Positions 50,630 through 62,420 of a stretch of 64,000 bases of DNA are shown piece by piece. A program made the position numbers and the translations under genes. How positions within the stretch are numbered: position 1 is the first letter of the stretch; each line of letters opens with the position of its first letter. Source of the DNA: the human T2T-CHM13v2.0 reference genome, Homo sapiens; the NCBI RefSeq assembly GCF_009914755.1, contig NC_060927.1; one strand, given 5' to 3'. Below the pieces are notes generated by a model that saw only the letters and a program-made list of their open reading frames with translations, did no database searches and was not told where the DNA came from.

Positions 50630-51652
50630 CGCCCTAACCCCATTGGACAGAAGGTCTTGCACTCAGGACCCTTCTGGACCTGGCCCTATATACCTCTTCA
50701 ACTGGCCATTCGTTTGCATTTTTGTAATATATTTTATGATAAATCAGTAAACATAAAGTATTTCCCTGAGTTCTGTGAGCTATTATAGCAAAATATCTAA
50801 AACTGAGGAAGAGTTTTTGGGGAATTCCCAATATGTATTAAAGTCAGACAGAAGTGTGGGTAATCTGGGGATACACTATTTGCAACCATGTCTGATGTGG
50901 GGAGCAGTCTTGTAACCGTAAGTTCATTGCCCAATGCAGAGTGATTCAATATCCTGAGACACTAGGGGTTGCCACACAGAAAGAGTTTAATAATCAAAGA
51001 GCAGCTGAAGGAGGAGACAAGAAGAAACCTCAAATGTGCCTCCCTGAGACATCTGGTGATGGATTTTTTAAGCGGTCTGGATGGGTGATGGGCTAAAGTG
51101 TGGGGATCACTGATTGATTGAAAAGTAAAGGGTGAAGTCATGGGACAGAGAGATGAAGAAAACTGCATTCTTCTGCTGAATTGGTTCCTTGGTGGGGGTC
51201 TTCAGACCACTTGATGACAGCTGTTCCACTGGGATTCAGGATCTAAAAAACACTTTAAGCAATTCCTGGGTTAAAAGTTTCAGTGTTAGAGATTCTATCT
51301 ATAGGAACAATAGGGGAGCAGGTGGTCAAAGTGCTATGTGACTCTTGGTTAGCTGGCAGCTGCAGGCAAGTGAGTTGAAGCATACCAGCATACCCTGGTC
51401 AGCTTACCCACTATAATTCTGCCTAAAGTCTGGCTTGTATTTCTCCTTAACCCTGTGAGGGCAGTTTCAGTCTTGTGAGACTTAGCCCTTAATCTACGGA
51501 GTCTGTGCTAACGTCAGATAGTGTCAGAATTGAAATGAAATTGTAGGACACCCACTTGGTTCCACAGGGAGTTGGAGAATTGGTTGTTGGCAGAAAAAAA
51601 ATCACACACATTTCATTTTAGAAGTGTTATGAGTAAAGGAACAGTTTTCTTG
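50630..51652 (+). mobile_element. MER21C-like LTR (3' portion) interrupted by another LTR
   Basis: ctcaggacccttctggacctggcccta...ttccctgagttctgtgagc...ggggagcagtct|...|gtcttgtgagacttagccctt...aattgtaggacaccc. Confidence 0.78.
50911..51469 (-). mobile_element. ERV1 solo LTR (LTR26/LTR8B-like) nested in MER21C
   Basis: Reverse strand begins tgaaactgccctcacagggttaa and ends ggttaca; 4-bp TSD GTCT at 50907-50910 and 51470-51473. Confidence 0.75.
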
Positions 51653-52739
51653 CCAAAAACTTTTGGTATTTGTGATACTGGGTTGTGACTTCTTATTGCT
51701 CACTTTTCGTTTTTTGTTTTTAAATTCATTTCATCTGATAAATTTTTGGGGAAGTGGGAATCTCTGATGTGACCTCAGTCTGACATAATTACTTACACAT
51801 GCTCATCAATTAAGTTTTAATTCCTCCATTGTGGCTCAGATTTGTCTTTGTCAGCTTCATCACATTTTTAGGGGTACTGGGTTTCACCAGGTAAAAACTA
51901 TAAAAGCCAACTGTTTGTTGATATTTGTTGTTATAACACCAAACACAGAAATTTGGGACTCTAACATGATTTTATTTATTGCTATAATAACAAATATTAT
52001 TAAGAATTTAAGTCTAAGTGTATCAAAAAGCTCCAAAAAGTGGTAAGTAGACATTGCCCTTTTTTTCCAAATAGGAAGAAGATAGGCAATTGCAATATTT
52101 TGCTCAAGATCAAATAGCTATAAGGGCCACATTTCAACTCCTGTCAGCACCTAGACTGTGTTCCTTGGACAAAAAATAAACTATAGCTTCACTTGCTTCC
52201 TGAATGTGCAGTTGAAGAATGCACTGAGTTGAAGAATGATGTGGTGAGGCATTGCAAAGGCCCTCTGCTGACCCAGGCTGGACATTTCCAATATTCAGTA
52301 ATTGTGTCCCATCAATGACCAAACACTAGTGTACATCCAGCACATCCTTTTGGTCATAAAAGAAGAAATCCAACTGATTCCTGCCCAAATGCATTTTAAG
52401 AGCAGACTGAAAATATCCAGAAAATAAGCTCTAAATGCTCAGCTTTATTACATGGAGATGAAGACAAGGGGGTATGTCAGAGGCTCTCTGAAGTGGGAGG
52501 AAGATAGAGGAATCTCTTCCCTTATTCATTCTAAGCTAAGAAAACCCATAATAGAATTAAACCTCTAGACCCCCTTCTGCTATACAATCTCCTCAAAATC
52601 ATGACCCCAAACCAACTACTTATGATATTAAATACCACAAGAAAAAAATTTAATAACATGGATTGTTTTATTAATGATAATTTAGATAATCTTGGACCAG
52701 TATCCCTTTCCAGAAGAGCAGGCACTTAAAAATAATATA

Positions 52740-53209
52740 TTTTATGGAGTTTCCATCCTAGTCCCCAGGACCTGTGAATGTGTTAGCTACTGTGGCAAAA
52801 AGAGACCTTGCAGATGTTATTAAATTAAGGATCTTGAGATGAGATTATCCTGGAGTATCGTGATGGGCCCGATATAATCACAAGAAAAGTTCTAAGGAGG
52901 GAAATAGGAGAGCCAGTAAGAGAAAAGATGTGATGACAGAAGCAGAGGTCAGAGAACGAGTTTAAGAAGCCACACTGCTGGTTTTAAAATCACAGGAAGA
53001 AGCCATGAACCAAGGCATGCAGATGGCCCCAAGAAACTGAAAATAACAACGAAATGAATTCTTTCCTAGAGCCTCTAGAAGGAATACAGCCCTGCTGACC
53101 CATTTTATAATTCTGACCTCCTGAAATGTAAGATAATAAATTTGTGTTATTTTAAGCCATTATGTTGGTGGTAATTTGTTACACATGACAACGATAAGAA
53201 ACTAATACA
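52740..53209 (+). mobile_element. MLT1D solo LTR
   Basis: ttgcagatgttattaaattaaggatcttgagatg...gagcctctagaaggaatacagccctgctgac...tggtaatttgttac...gaaactaataca. Confidence 0.85.
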
Positions 53210-55621
53210 AATGCCTACATTCATAGTTAACTAATTGGCATGTTGATTTCAGAGTAATAAAACATGGCTACTGCAGGAACTCTGACGTAAATAGTATATT
53301 TCGTAAATATACTATAATACATTATAATAGTATATCTGGTAAAATACAATAAAATTCAGGGTGCTTAGCAGTCCCGGGAAGGAAATCCTCACCTATTGTT
53401 ATTTATAAAAGAAGAAACAAAAACTTATTTTATTTAAGCCGTTATTTTTCAGGAGCTGGTAGAAGACAATTTTGAGGGACACAGGAATTATTAATAACCA
53501 TTTCCTGCTGGACTGTATTGAATGGACACGCTTCATCTTAAACCACTGCTGTTTCCATTTCTGCATGAGAAAGTGCCCACTGAGCTTTTAAAGCTTTTGA
53601 CTGAAGCATGACCTCAACAGAATGCTTCTGTTTAGGCTTGTGTTTTTACCCTCTCCAAGGAAAATACTTTTTTTCAAGTGCAGAGTTACAAACCATAAGC
53701 TAGAGAAAGCATGATTTTATCAGGCCATAGAGAAATAAAGTTCTTTTGTTTACTCAAAGAGACCTCTAATGGTCTTTTTGAAGAATCCTAGGAAATTTCA
53801 TTGCATTAATTTTCCTCCTTCTCTTAAAAAAAGCAGCAAGATTCACAGTCACTGCTTAGGTGTTGATGATTCTGATGTCGGCTTCTTCCTCCAGTTAAGT
53901 CTTCATGGCCCTGTCCTTCCAACTGGCCCATATCATTGCTCTCATTCTGCCACTTCCATCATCTGATGCTTCCAGTGGCTTCTCTTCCCTTCTGCATCAG
54001 ACTCCTCTGCCTGGCCTAGAAGATCCTTCATAAATGATTCCTTTTTGGCAACCTCATCTCCTATGACAGATAATTCCTTACTGAAGGAATTGTGGTTCAC
54101 CCAGTAGGCAAATCAGATTGCATTTTCTCATAGAAAGAATATTTTACAGAGTTCTGAGATGCCAGAACCAGCCTTCAAGATGCCAACTAACCTACAATGT
54201 ATTTGCAGTATTCATACTATTTTCACACATAATCCCCTGCCCCTGCCCTCGCCGTGAGTAAATGTCAGCAAGAGTGCTCACTTGGGTTACTAAATTAATT
54301 TTTTTACTCACTAGGATTACTTCTTGGGGATGGGGATAAAATTAAAAGCAACGCTATGATTCAATTCAGAATCTTCTAACTAAAACGGAAATTGCAAATA
54401 CATCCCTCCTGCCTCATTAACACTATCTAGGTGGCCACCATGCTCCTCGTAACTGTAAACTGTAGAAAGGGTTCCACTGGAGTTTAGTTGGGGTTAGGCA
54501 AGGGCCTCATTTAGGCAAGGGTAACTTATTATCACACAAAAACACACAAATAAAAACACTATTCTATAACTTTATGGTTGCATAGAAGAAGCTGTCACTT
54601 AATTCTAATAATTTACTGCATGATTAAGAAATAAAGAACTGTTGATTTGAGCTCCCTCCCACACTGTGTCAGTGAGTCTGTGTCGTTATTCTTACATAAA
54701 GGAGTTAGTAACAACTGTTACTTCTCTATGGGAACTGTCTGCCTCCCTCAGGCCTCTCTCCCCAGATTCTATTCTTCTTTTCCCTTTGGTTAAAATTTGT
54801 TACTCTTCTAGGTCACAGAGCATGTGATTTTGGAGTTGCCAGACAGTCCCTTTTTGGTTTGTGTCTAAATTCTATGCCCCCTTCAAAGCCTGTCTCAGTC
54901 TTCCCCAAGACATTCCCTCTCTTATCTAGCTGTGGTAGACAATTACTCTTTTATAAACCCAACACACTCCTCTTTTGATGGGAAAAGCACTCTCCTCCTT
55001 TTTGGGAACTTGTTTTCCAACTTTCTACCTTCTGTCACTATTATCAGTGGGATCTAGTAGATTCCATCTCCATAACCACAGTGCATGATACCTGATTCAG
55101 CTGGAAACCTGGAGCCTTCCCACTCACTTAGCACACTGATCAGACTACAGAACAATTTTTCCTATGCTAGCTGGGTCAAGTGTCACTTACAAACAATAGT
55201 TCTGATATCCTTCCACCCCTCTTCACAAAATTCCTGGATTTTTACTTACCTACACCATCAGTTAGCATGTATCTCTGCCCCATCTTATTGTAGAGGAATG
55301 AATCCTTTTGCACAGGCTTTGTTCTCTAATTGAATAGTGTCACTTGAGAGAAGGTAGCCCAGTTTGAATTTAGCAAAATGCTTATCATCATGAGAAAAAC
55401 CTCAGGAAATACTTGGTTACTAATTAATGGAAGAACTTCCTGCACAGATGAATTATGAGTTTATCATACATTATCAGATATTGTCAGCTCATTTGAGTAC
55501 ATGTAAAAATAACACAAGAGTCAGTCAATTAAAGTCTTGTCTTTCTCTTTGTGGCATTTTTAAAATTACCATTCTGACCTCCAGTTTATTTTTTATTTAA
55601 TGTTCTATATAGGGAATAATA

Positions 55622-56100
55622 ATGTATTATTCATGATACTTTGGGTTGCAAGACATAGAAATCCAATTTAGTTTAGATTAAGCAGAAAATTACTTTTTAG
55701 TTTTATTTAATTTAAAGAATAGAGCAGAATAGACTTTCAGGTAATGTTGGATATGGGTAAGCAAATGACTTCAATCTCCCCATCCTGGCTTTAATTTTCC
55801 CCTGTGATGCCTTATTTTAAGGCGGGGTACTCCTAACTGTCAACAAACATAGCCACCAAAAGCTTCAGGCTTTCATTTAATTTATTACACAACCCAACTG
55901 GAAATCAATTTCCTTCTCTTCCAATAGTTCTGATATAAGTTTCATTAGATCAAGTTAGAGTTTGTGGATCAAGCTGATATAAGCACTGTGGTTGGTTAGG
56001 GGTAAGTGGATTTCTTTAATTGGCCAAGCCTGATTTGCATCCCATCCTTTCACCAGTGAATGGGTCCCTCTGTTAGAACCACATACACTGTGAATAAGAT
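55622..56100 (-). mobile_element. MLT1K/L-like LTR remnant
   Basis: ctttgggttgcaagacatagaaatccaattt...taagcagaaa...ttaattggccaagcctg. Confidence 0.55.
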
Positions 56101-56102
56101 AC

Positions 56103-56360
56103 AGTGGTAGACTGATTGACTCTCCAGAATGCCCATATCCTGACCCCTGAAATCCAAAAATGTTATGATATAAAGCAAAAGTGACTTTACAGTTGTGATT
56201 AAAGTAAGAATTTTGAGAGATGGAGATTTTACTATTATGTTACTTGAGTGGATCCAATATATTCACAAGGGTCCTCATAAGAGGAAGGAAGGAAAACAAA
56301 TAGAAAAAGGCAATATAATTGTAGCTACAGAGATCAGTGTGATGAGCTTTGTAGAAGAAG
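56103..56360 (+). mobile_element. MLT1D-like 5' fragment
   Basis: gtggtagactga...aaaagtgactttacagttgtgattaaagtaagaattttgaga...acaagggtcctcataagagg. Confidence 0.6.
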
Positions 56361-56361
56361 A

Positions 56362-56775
56362 AAATAAATTTTCTTTACTTTCTTATGTTCTGTATTTGAA
56401 TTAAACTAACAAAAGACAGATTAACAGGAAAAGAGATATGGGGGCTTTAAAGTATACTTTTAATTTTAAAGTACTTTAAATTTGCAATTAAAAGTATTTT
56501 ATAATTTTAAAATTAAAATTTAATTTTAATTAATTTAAAATTAAAATTTAATTTTAATTAATTTAAAATTAAACTTTAAAATACTTTTAATTTTAAAATT
56601 AAAAAGTACTTGAATAAAAAATACTTTTAATTTTACATGCACAGGGGCTTCACAGAAAAGAAGTTAAAAATCCAAAGAGGCAATTAGCCTCAGGGGCTTG
56701 TATACCATTTTAACAAAGGGTGATGATTATGGAGAAATGACTAGTCAAAAGAATAGGGTTTTGGGCTTCTAGGTC
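56362..56775 (-). mobile_element. MER34-family LTR fragment containing an AT-rich expansion
   Basis: aactaacaaaagacagattaacaggaaaag...ttttacatgcacaggggcttcacag...ttgtataccattttaacaaaggg; similar to 18070-18320. Confidence 0.6.
56447..56636. repeat. palindromic AT-rich expansion incl. 28-bp unit x2.4 (56506-56573)
   Basis: 56495-56573 has no G or C; unit tttaaaattaaaatttaattttaattaa. Confidence 0.9.
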
Positions 56776-58038
56776 TTGCCAGTTCCAATTTACTGTGTGA
56801 ATAACTGAAGGGCAGCAAGATGAAGATTCTTAGATAGTGGCACCCAAGCAATTGGAGCTAGGGCAGGACAAGAATGACGGAGCGCCTGTTCCTTTCCTCC
56901 TCTGAAATGCCACTGTTCCTAACACTGTGATACATTTACCTCCAGAACCTTTGTGAAACATTTTACTTTTCATCCAGATTTCTGGGATTCCAAAATGTCA
57001 AAAATTTCCCCCTCTTAGTTGCCTCTGGGAGCCAGAATCCAGCCAGTTCTCAGAGATTTCTACCTGGTTGAAGAACTCGCATAAGTCACCGTATACAATG
57101 GCTAACAAAAAAATTCTTCTGTTGATTTGAATTTGAAAAACTCTTACAAATATCTGTGATAAATAAAATGCTTCGTTCAAAATTTTCAACATTAAGAAAT
57201 CATGGCTAGTGCAATACCAAAAGCTATGAGGTTTTCCCAGGCCACTCCTTATCGCACCCATCTTACTCTTACTTGTTATAATGGGCATACAAATGCACAA
57301 TGACATTAATAGCACCATTGAAAATATTCCCTGCCATTAAGCACGCATCTGCCTTCTTAACCTTGCCCTTAACAATAGATATCAATATCACTGTCAGTAA
57401 CAGTGCTTTCTCACACAAAGAACCACCACCACAAGCATTTATCTCTGTCATTTATTTGTTATGCATTTCAATTCTTCCATTAATGTCTTTTGTCAGGCTA
57501 ATTATAAAGATCCTTTTCCATATTTGCCCCAGATCTAGGATTGATCTCTGAATCTGCAGATAATTCTGTCTTACTAATTGTAACCTTCCCTGTTGGAGAC
57601 ATTGGCCAGATGATGCCTAAGTCTGGCAGGGAGTGACTATTGCTGGCATGAGGAGACTGGAACTTTGTCCAAGTTTGCCCTGGCTCAGTACTTCGGTGAC
57701 AGTCACATGTCCACAAACTTACCTGGACTCAAAGTAGGATACTAACTTTTCTCTAATGCAGTGTCTCTTGTCCCTGGTGGAATATTGTAATCACTTTGGA
57801 GTCTAAAACCAAACAAGCCAACAACCCACAATAACAATAATAACAACAAAATCTACCTAGGTGACACCCACATCATTTATGTCAGAGTCTTGGAGGCTGA
57901 GTTCGAGACTGAAAACTACTGTTCTAGAGTTTTAATTGGTCACAATGCACAGGACTCTCTGCATTTTTTAATACCACATTATCTATTAAGACTAACATGT
58001 AGATAAAATCTACAAAATTCCAGCATGACATACTGAAG

Positions 58039-58250
58039 CAGTGGACTTCCACCAGGGATGACTATGTCCCAGACATTTGGGAATGTCTGAAGACATTTTT
58101 GTTGATCAGAACAGGGAAAGGGGATGTTACTGGCATATAATGGATAGAAGGCAGAGATGCTAAGCTCCCTACGCTACACAAGTCAGCTTCTAGCAAGAAA
58201 GAATTATCCAGCCCAAATTGTCAATTGTCTTGAGGTTGAGAAACCTTGCC
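58039..58250 (+). mobile_element. MER20
   Basis: cagtggac...gacatttgggaatgtctgaagacattttt...tactggcat...gaattatccagcccaaattgtcaa...gaggttgagaaacc. Confidence 0.82.
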
Positions 58251-58709
58251 TAAAGGAAGGTGACTTTTTCTGTTTGTCAGTAACCTATCTGTAAGATCTA
58301 CTGAACTGAATTGCAAGGCTCCCAAAAGGTAAAAGGAGGTTCAGTACAGTTTTCTGTAAAAACATTAGTAAGGAACTAGCTGATTGTTAAAAATCATCTT
58401 TATATTCTCCTTTACTCTACAAAAAGATGTTCTTAGTGAAGATATGGAGAATCCAGATTTTATTAAATCTGTTCTTCAGTTGGCTGGTGAGAAACTGGTC
58501 ACTTCTCCAAACACCAGTCAAAAACATCTGAGGGTGTTCACACTTGCAGCAGATTCCAGATCTGCTGCAAATTTACATTTCCCAGCAGTTTCAATGCCAT
58601 CCTTCTTGACAGCCTTCCCCCAAATAAATATTTCCTATAAAAAATGAAAAGGGAAATAAACCAAATGAACAAGATACTCAGTCATTCACATATATAAGTC
58701 ACATAATTT

Positions 58710-58744
58710 TACACTTGATCTTAGCTAAAAGGCCAAGAAGTGGT
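58710..58744 (-). pseudogene. U2 snRNA 5' fragment (nt ~1-35) retropseudogene
   Basis: Reverse strand accacttcttggccttttagctaagatcaagtgta vs U2 atcgcttctcggccttttggctaagatcaagtgta, 31/35 identical; flanking direct repeat cacat(a/g)a. Confidence 0.9.
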
Positions 58745-59072
58745 CACATGACCTTAGAGTAAAAAAATCCCTAATTATCAAACTGTTGTTCAGAGGGGTT
58801 GATATTTTCCAAAGTTTTACAGATAATGGGAGTGTTAGGACTGATATTCTCATCTCTTGATTGTTTATCCATTGCCGTTTCCACTGGTCGGTGTACTTTT
58901 CAAATGTGAATATTATGGCTAAAGAGCCAGTTTAGTCGTGTCAAATTTAGCCATTTGAAAGCTAACGACTTTTTGAAAATTTTGCCCAAATAGGGTTAAG
59001 AATATCATCTGTTTTATCAAACTGCAGTTATAGCTCAATTGTGGAACAGTACACGCACTGGACTCTAATAGC

Positions 59073-59641
59073 CTGATGGAGCAGGCAATATTTTCCAAAG
59101 ATGACTGCTGCAAATATTCTCTCCTATATGTTCTTTTTACAATGTGACTGTGAAGCTACTTAAGAGCATGGTGAGGTCTATTTCACCTGCCCTTCAACCT
59201 GGGCAAGTGTCAATTTCCTTGTCCAGTACAGTACTGTGTAAGTGATGTGCGTGATTTCCAATGTTACTTCAAAAAACTGCCATGCATTTGCACCTTTTTA
59301 CTACTCTTGGGTGTTCACTCTTGGAACCCAGCCACCATGCTAGGAGAAAGCCAAGCTACCTATAGGTGTCCAAGCCAAAAGCCCCAGCTGCTCTCACAAT
59401 AGACAGCCAACAGCAGCTGTCAGATATGTGAATGAGTCAACCTTCAGATGATTCCAGCCCCCAGGCATCAAGTCACCTCCTGCATTCAGGCTGTTCCAGC
59501 TAATGACATGTAGAACACAGATACACAGTCTCTTCTGAGTCCTTCCAGAATTGCAGACTTATGAGCAAAATAAATGATTGTTGGTGTTTTAAACTACTAA
59601 GCTTCAGGTGCTTTGTTGCCTTATAGTAGATCACTGAAACA
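59073..59641 (+). mobile_element. MLT1F/G-like solo LTR
   Basis: ctcttggaacccagccaccatgc...agatatgtgaatgag...ccttcagatgattccagcccc...ccagaattgcagacttatgagcaaaataaatgattg...tagatcactgaaaca. Confidence 0.8.
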
Positions 59642-59934
59642 CCTGGCATTATTAGGCTTTTGAATCCTACAACTAACCTAACTTCTTGTGACCATATTTG
59701 GCTCACAATATATTTTTAATGATTATTTATGCAATAATTAGTTGAATCTATACTGTGCTCACAAAGAAGTTCTAGATTTGGTTTGTCAAATATTACAAAC
59801 CCTGTAATGATTGTCCATTAATCAATTAGCATTCTGCATCATGCATCAGCTTTCATGAGTATGTTAAAAGTGGAGTCTGCTCTTCAGAGATAGATCTACC
59901 ATCTATTGCCGAACATACTGAACTTCTAAGCCTA

Positions 59935-60350
<416 letters not shown>

Positions 60351-60989
60351 TTATGGAAAAACTTAAATCTCAACTCCAATGATATCCTTTTCTTCACATC
60401 TGAGAATTTTATATTTGATGGATCACTCAGTACAGATGAAGTAAAAAACTAAGTAATTTTGACATGCTCTTGGAGACCATCCTTGGATATAGAGTTACAA
60501 ACACTATTTTCCAAATCCTAGTTACATCTGTAAATCATCCAAATCTCTTCATAATCAGGCATATGTTTTTGTGAGAAGAAGTACTTTTTTTTATGTTGGC
60601 TGTCCTCCGTGAAAGCAGAATATGTGTCATATCACCTCACCAAGGAACTCAAGGCCAAGTGTTTTTGATTTATGGAGTCTTAGATGTGGTCTACAATGAG
60701 TTAATTACTCTTGGGAGCAGAACGCATCTCATAGATCAAAACAATATTTGAGATTTATTTGTGCTAGTGAAATAACTCACAATAATATGAAATAATTTCT
60801 TCTAAGGCTATGGTCTCTTACAATTGAAAAATAATCCCTTTTCTTAGGAGCCAGGGATATAAATTGGGGATGGTTTTCTTGAGAAATAAAGTTTTTTAAA
60901 GTAAGAACTATTTTGAAGTATAAAACCAGGATGAAGATAGAAAGGGAAGGGAAGAGAATGTGGGAAGACAGGTCTAACCCGGGCCAAAC

Positions 60990-62420
60990 ATTTAATTTAA
61001 ATTAAGACAGCTTGATAATGGTGCAAGGATTAAAAAATAGACCAAGGAAGCAGAGAGCCCACAATCAACTAATGCATTTAAGTAAACTTAATATATGACA
61101 GAACTACTACTATGAATCATTGGGGAAAGGATAAAATGTTAATTAAATATATTGGAACAATAGGTTATCCAAAACAAAGAAAGAAAGAAATTGGGTTCCT
61201 ATATTGTATGATTATTACTCAAAAATCAATTCCAAATGGTTTAACTACTTAAAAGTAAAAGGCAAACTTTAAACTTATAGACAAAAATATAGGTCAAAAA
61301 GTTTATGACCTCAGGGCATAGAAATGTTTCTTGAAATAATGCAAAAAGCATAAAGTTTAAAGGAAAAGACTGATAAATTCAGCTACCCTAAAATTAAGAC
61401 ATTTTAGGCAAAACACAAGTCACAAGATGGAAGAACATATTTGGAACAAAAATGATTGACAAAGCTTGATTATTAAAACTATACAAAGAAACTCTAAAAT
61501 CAATAAGAAAAAAACAACAATATAAAATGGGAAAAACATAGAAAGCAAACATTTCAAAGGAAAGGTAACACAACCAATAAAAATAAGAAAGCACTCAACT
61601 TTATCTGTAATTAGAAAATGCAAAATTAAGATGAAAACTAGGATCCAAATTAAACCAGTAGCTCATCAAAGAGTAAAGTCTGATTTTAACAAGTATTGAC
61701 AAGACAGTGAGTCAATGGGCAAGATTGTAATATCGATGTTGGGAATATAAATAAGGAAACTATTTTGGAAAACAATTTAGCATACTCTAATAAATTTGAA
61801 CATATGCAAAGGCTATAAAACCAGCAATCTCCCCTGTAGAGAAATCCTTGCCACACTTTACAAGGAGATGTACAAACATGCATAAATGCATTGCTTATAA
61901 TAAAAACCATGGAACCAACCTAAATCTCTATAGACTTTAGTATGAGTAAATATATTGTAGTTTATTCCACAATGGAATATTATAAAGCAGTGGAAATGAA
62001 GGCATTGTAGCTACACATATCCATATGAATATGTAGCAATGTATATCAGTACCTAATGCCACACAAAAAAGTCATGGGAAAACAGTCACTGTGATTTAAT
62101 CCTTTTAAAAATGTATTATAAAACATGTAAGTATAAAAACATGTCAAATAAAATGAGATCTTGTTTACAGGAACTTATATAAATAGAAAACTATGAAGAA
62201 AAACAAAAATGATTAATGATAATACAGATATTAACTACCTCCAGAAGGAGGTAGGAGGAAACAGTCAGGTACTGATACCCAGAGAGCTTTAAGACTATGT
62301 TTTGTTAAGCTAGGTGATTGGTTCACAATGTTCATTTTTATCAACATTTTAAAATTTATACAAATGTGCTATATACACTCTTATCTAAATGATATATTTC
62401 AAAATTTTAAAAAAGAAAAT
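60990..62420 (+). mobile_element. L1ME (ME3/ME4-like) ORF2 3' part and 3'UTR, highly degenerate
   Basis: tggggaaaggata...aaaatcaattccaaatgg...aaggaaaagactgataaatt...aattagaaaatgcaaaattaa...acaatggaatattataaagcagt. Confidence 0.78.

Noticed and set aside
58985-58999. piggyBac-like end (aggg|ttaa)
   Set aside because: No matching ttaa|ccct left end or similarity to recalled MER75/MER85 sequence
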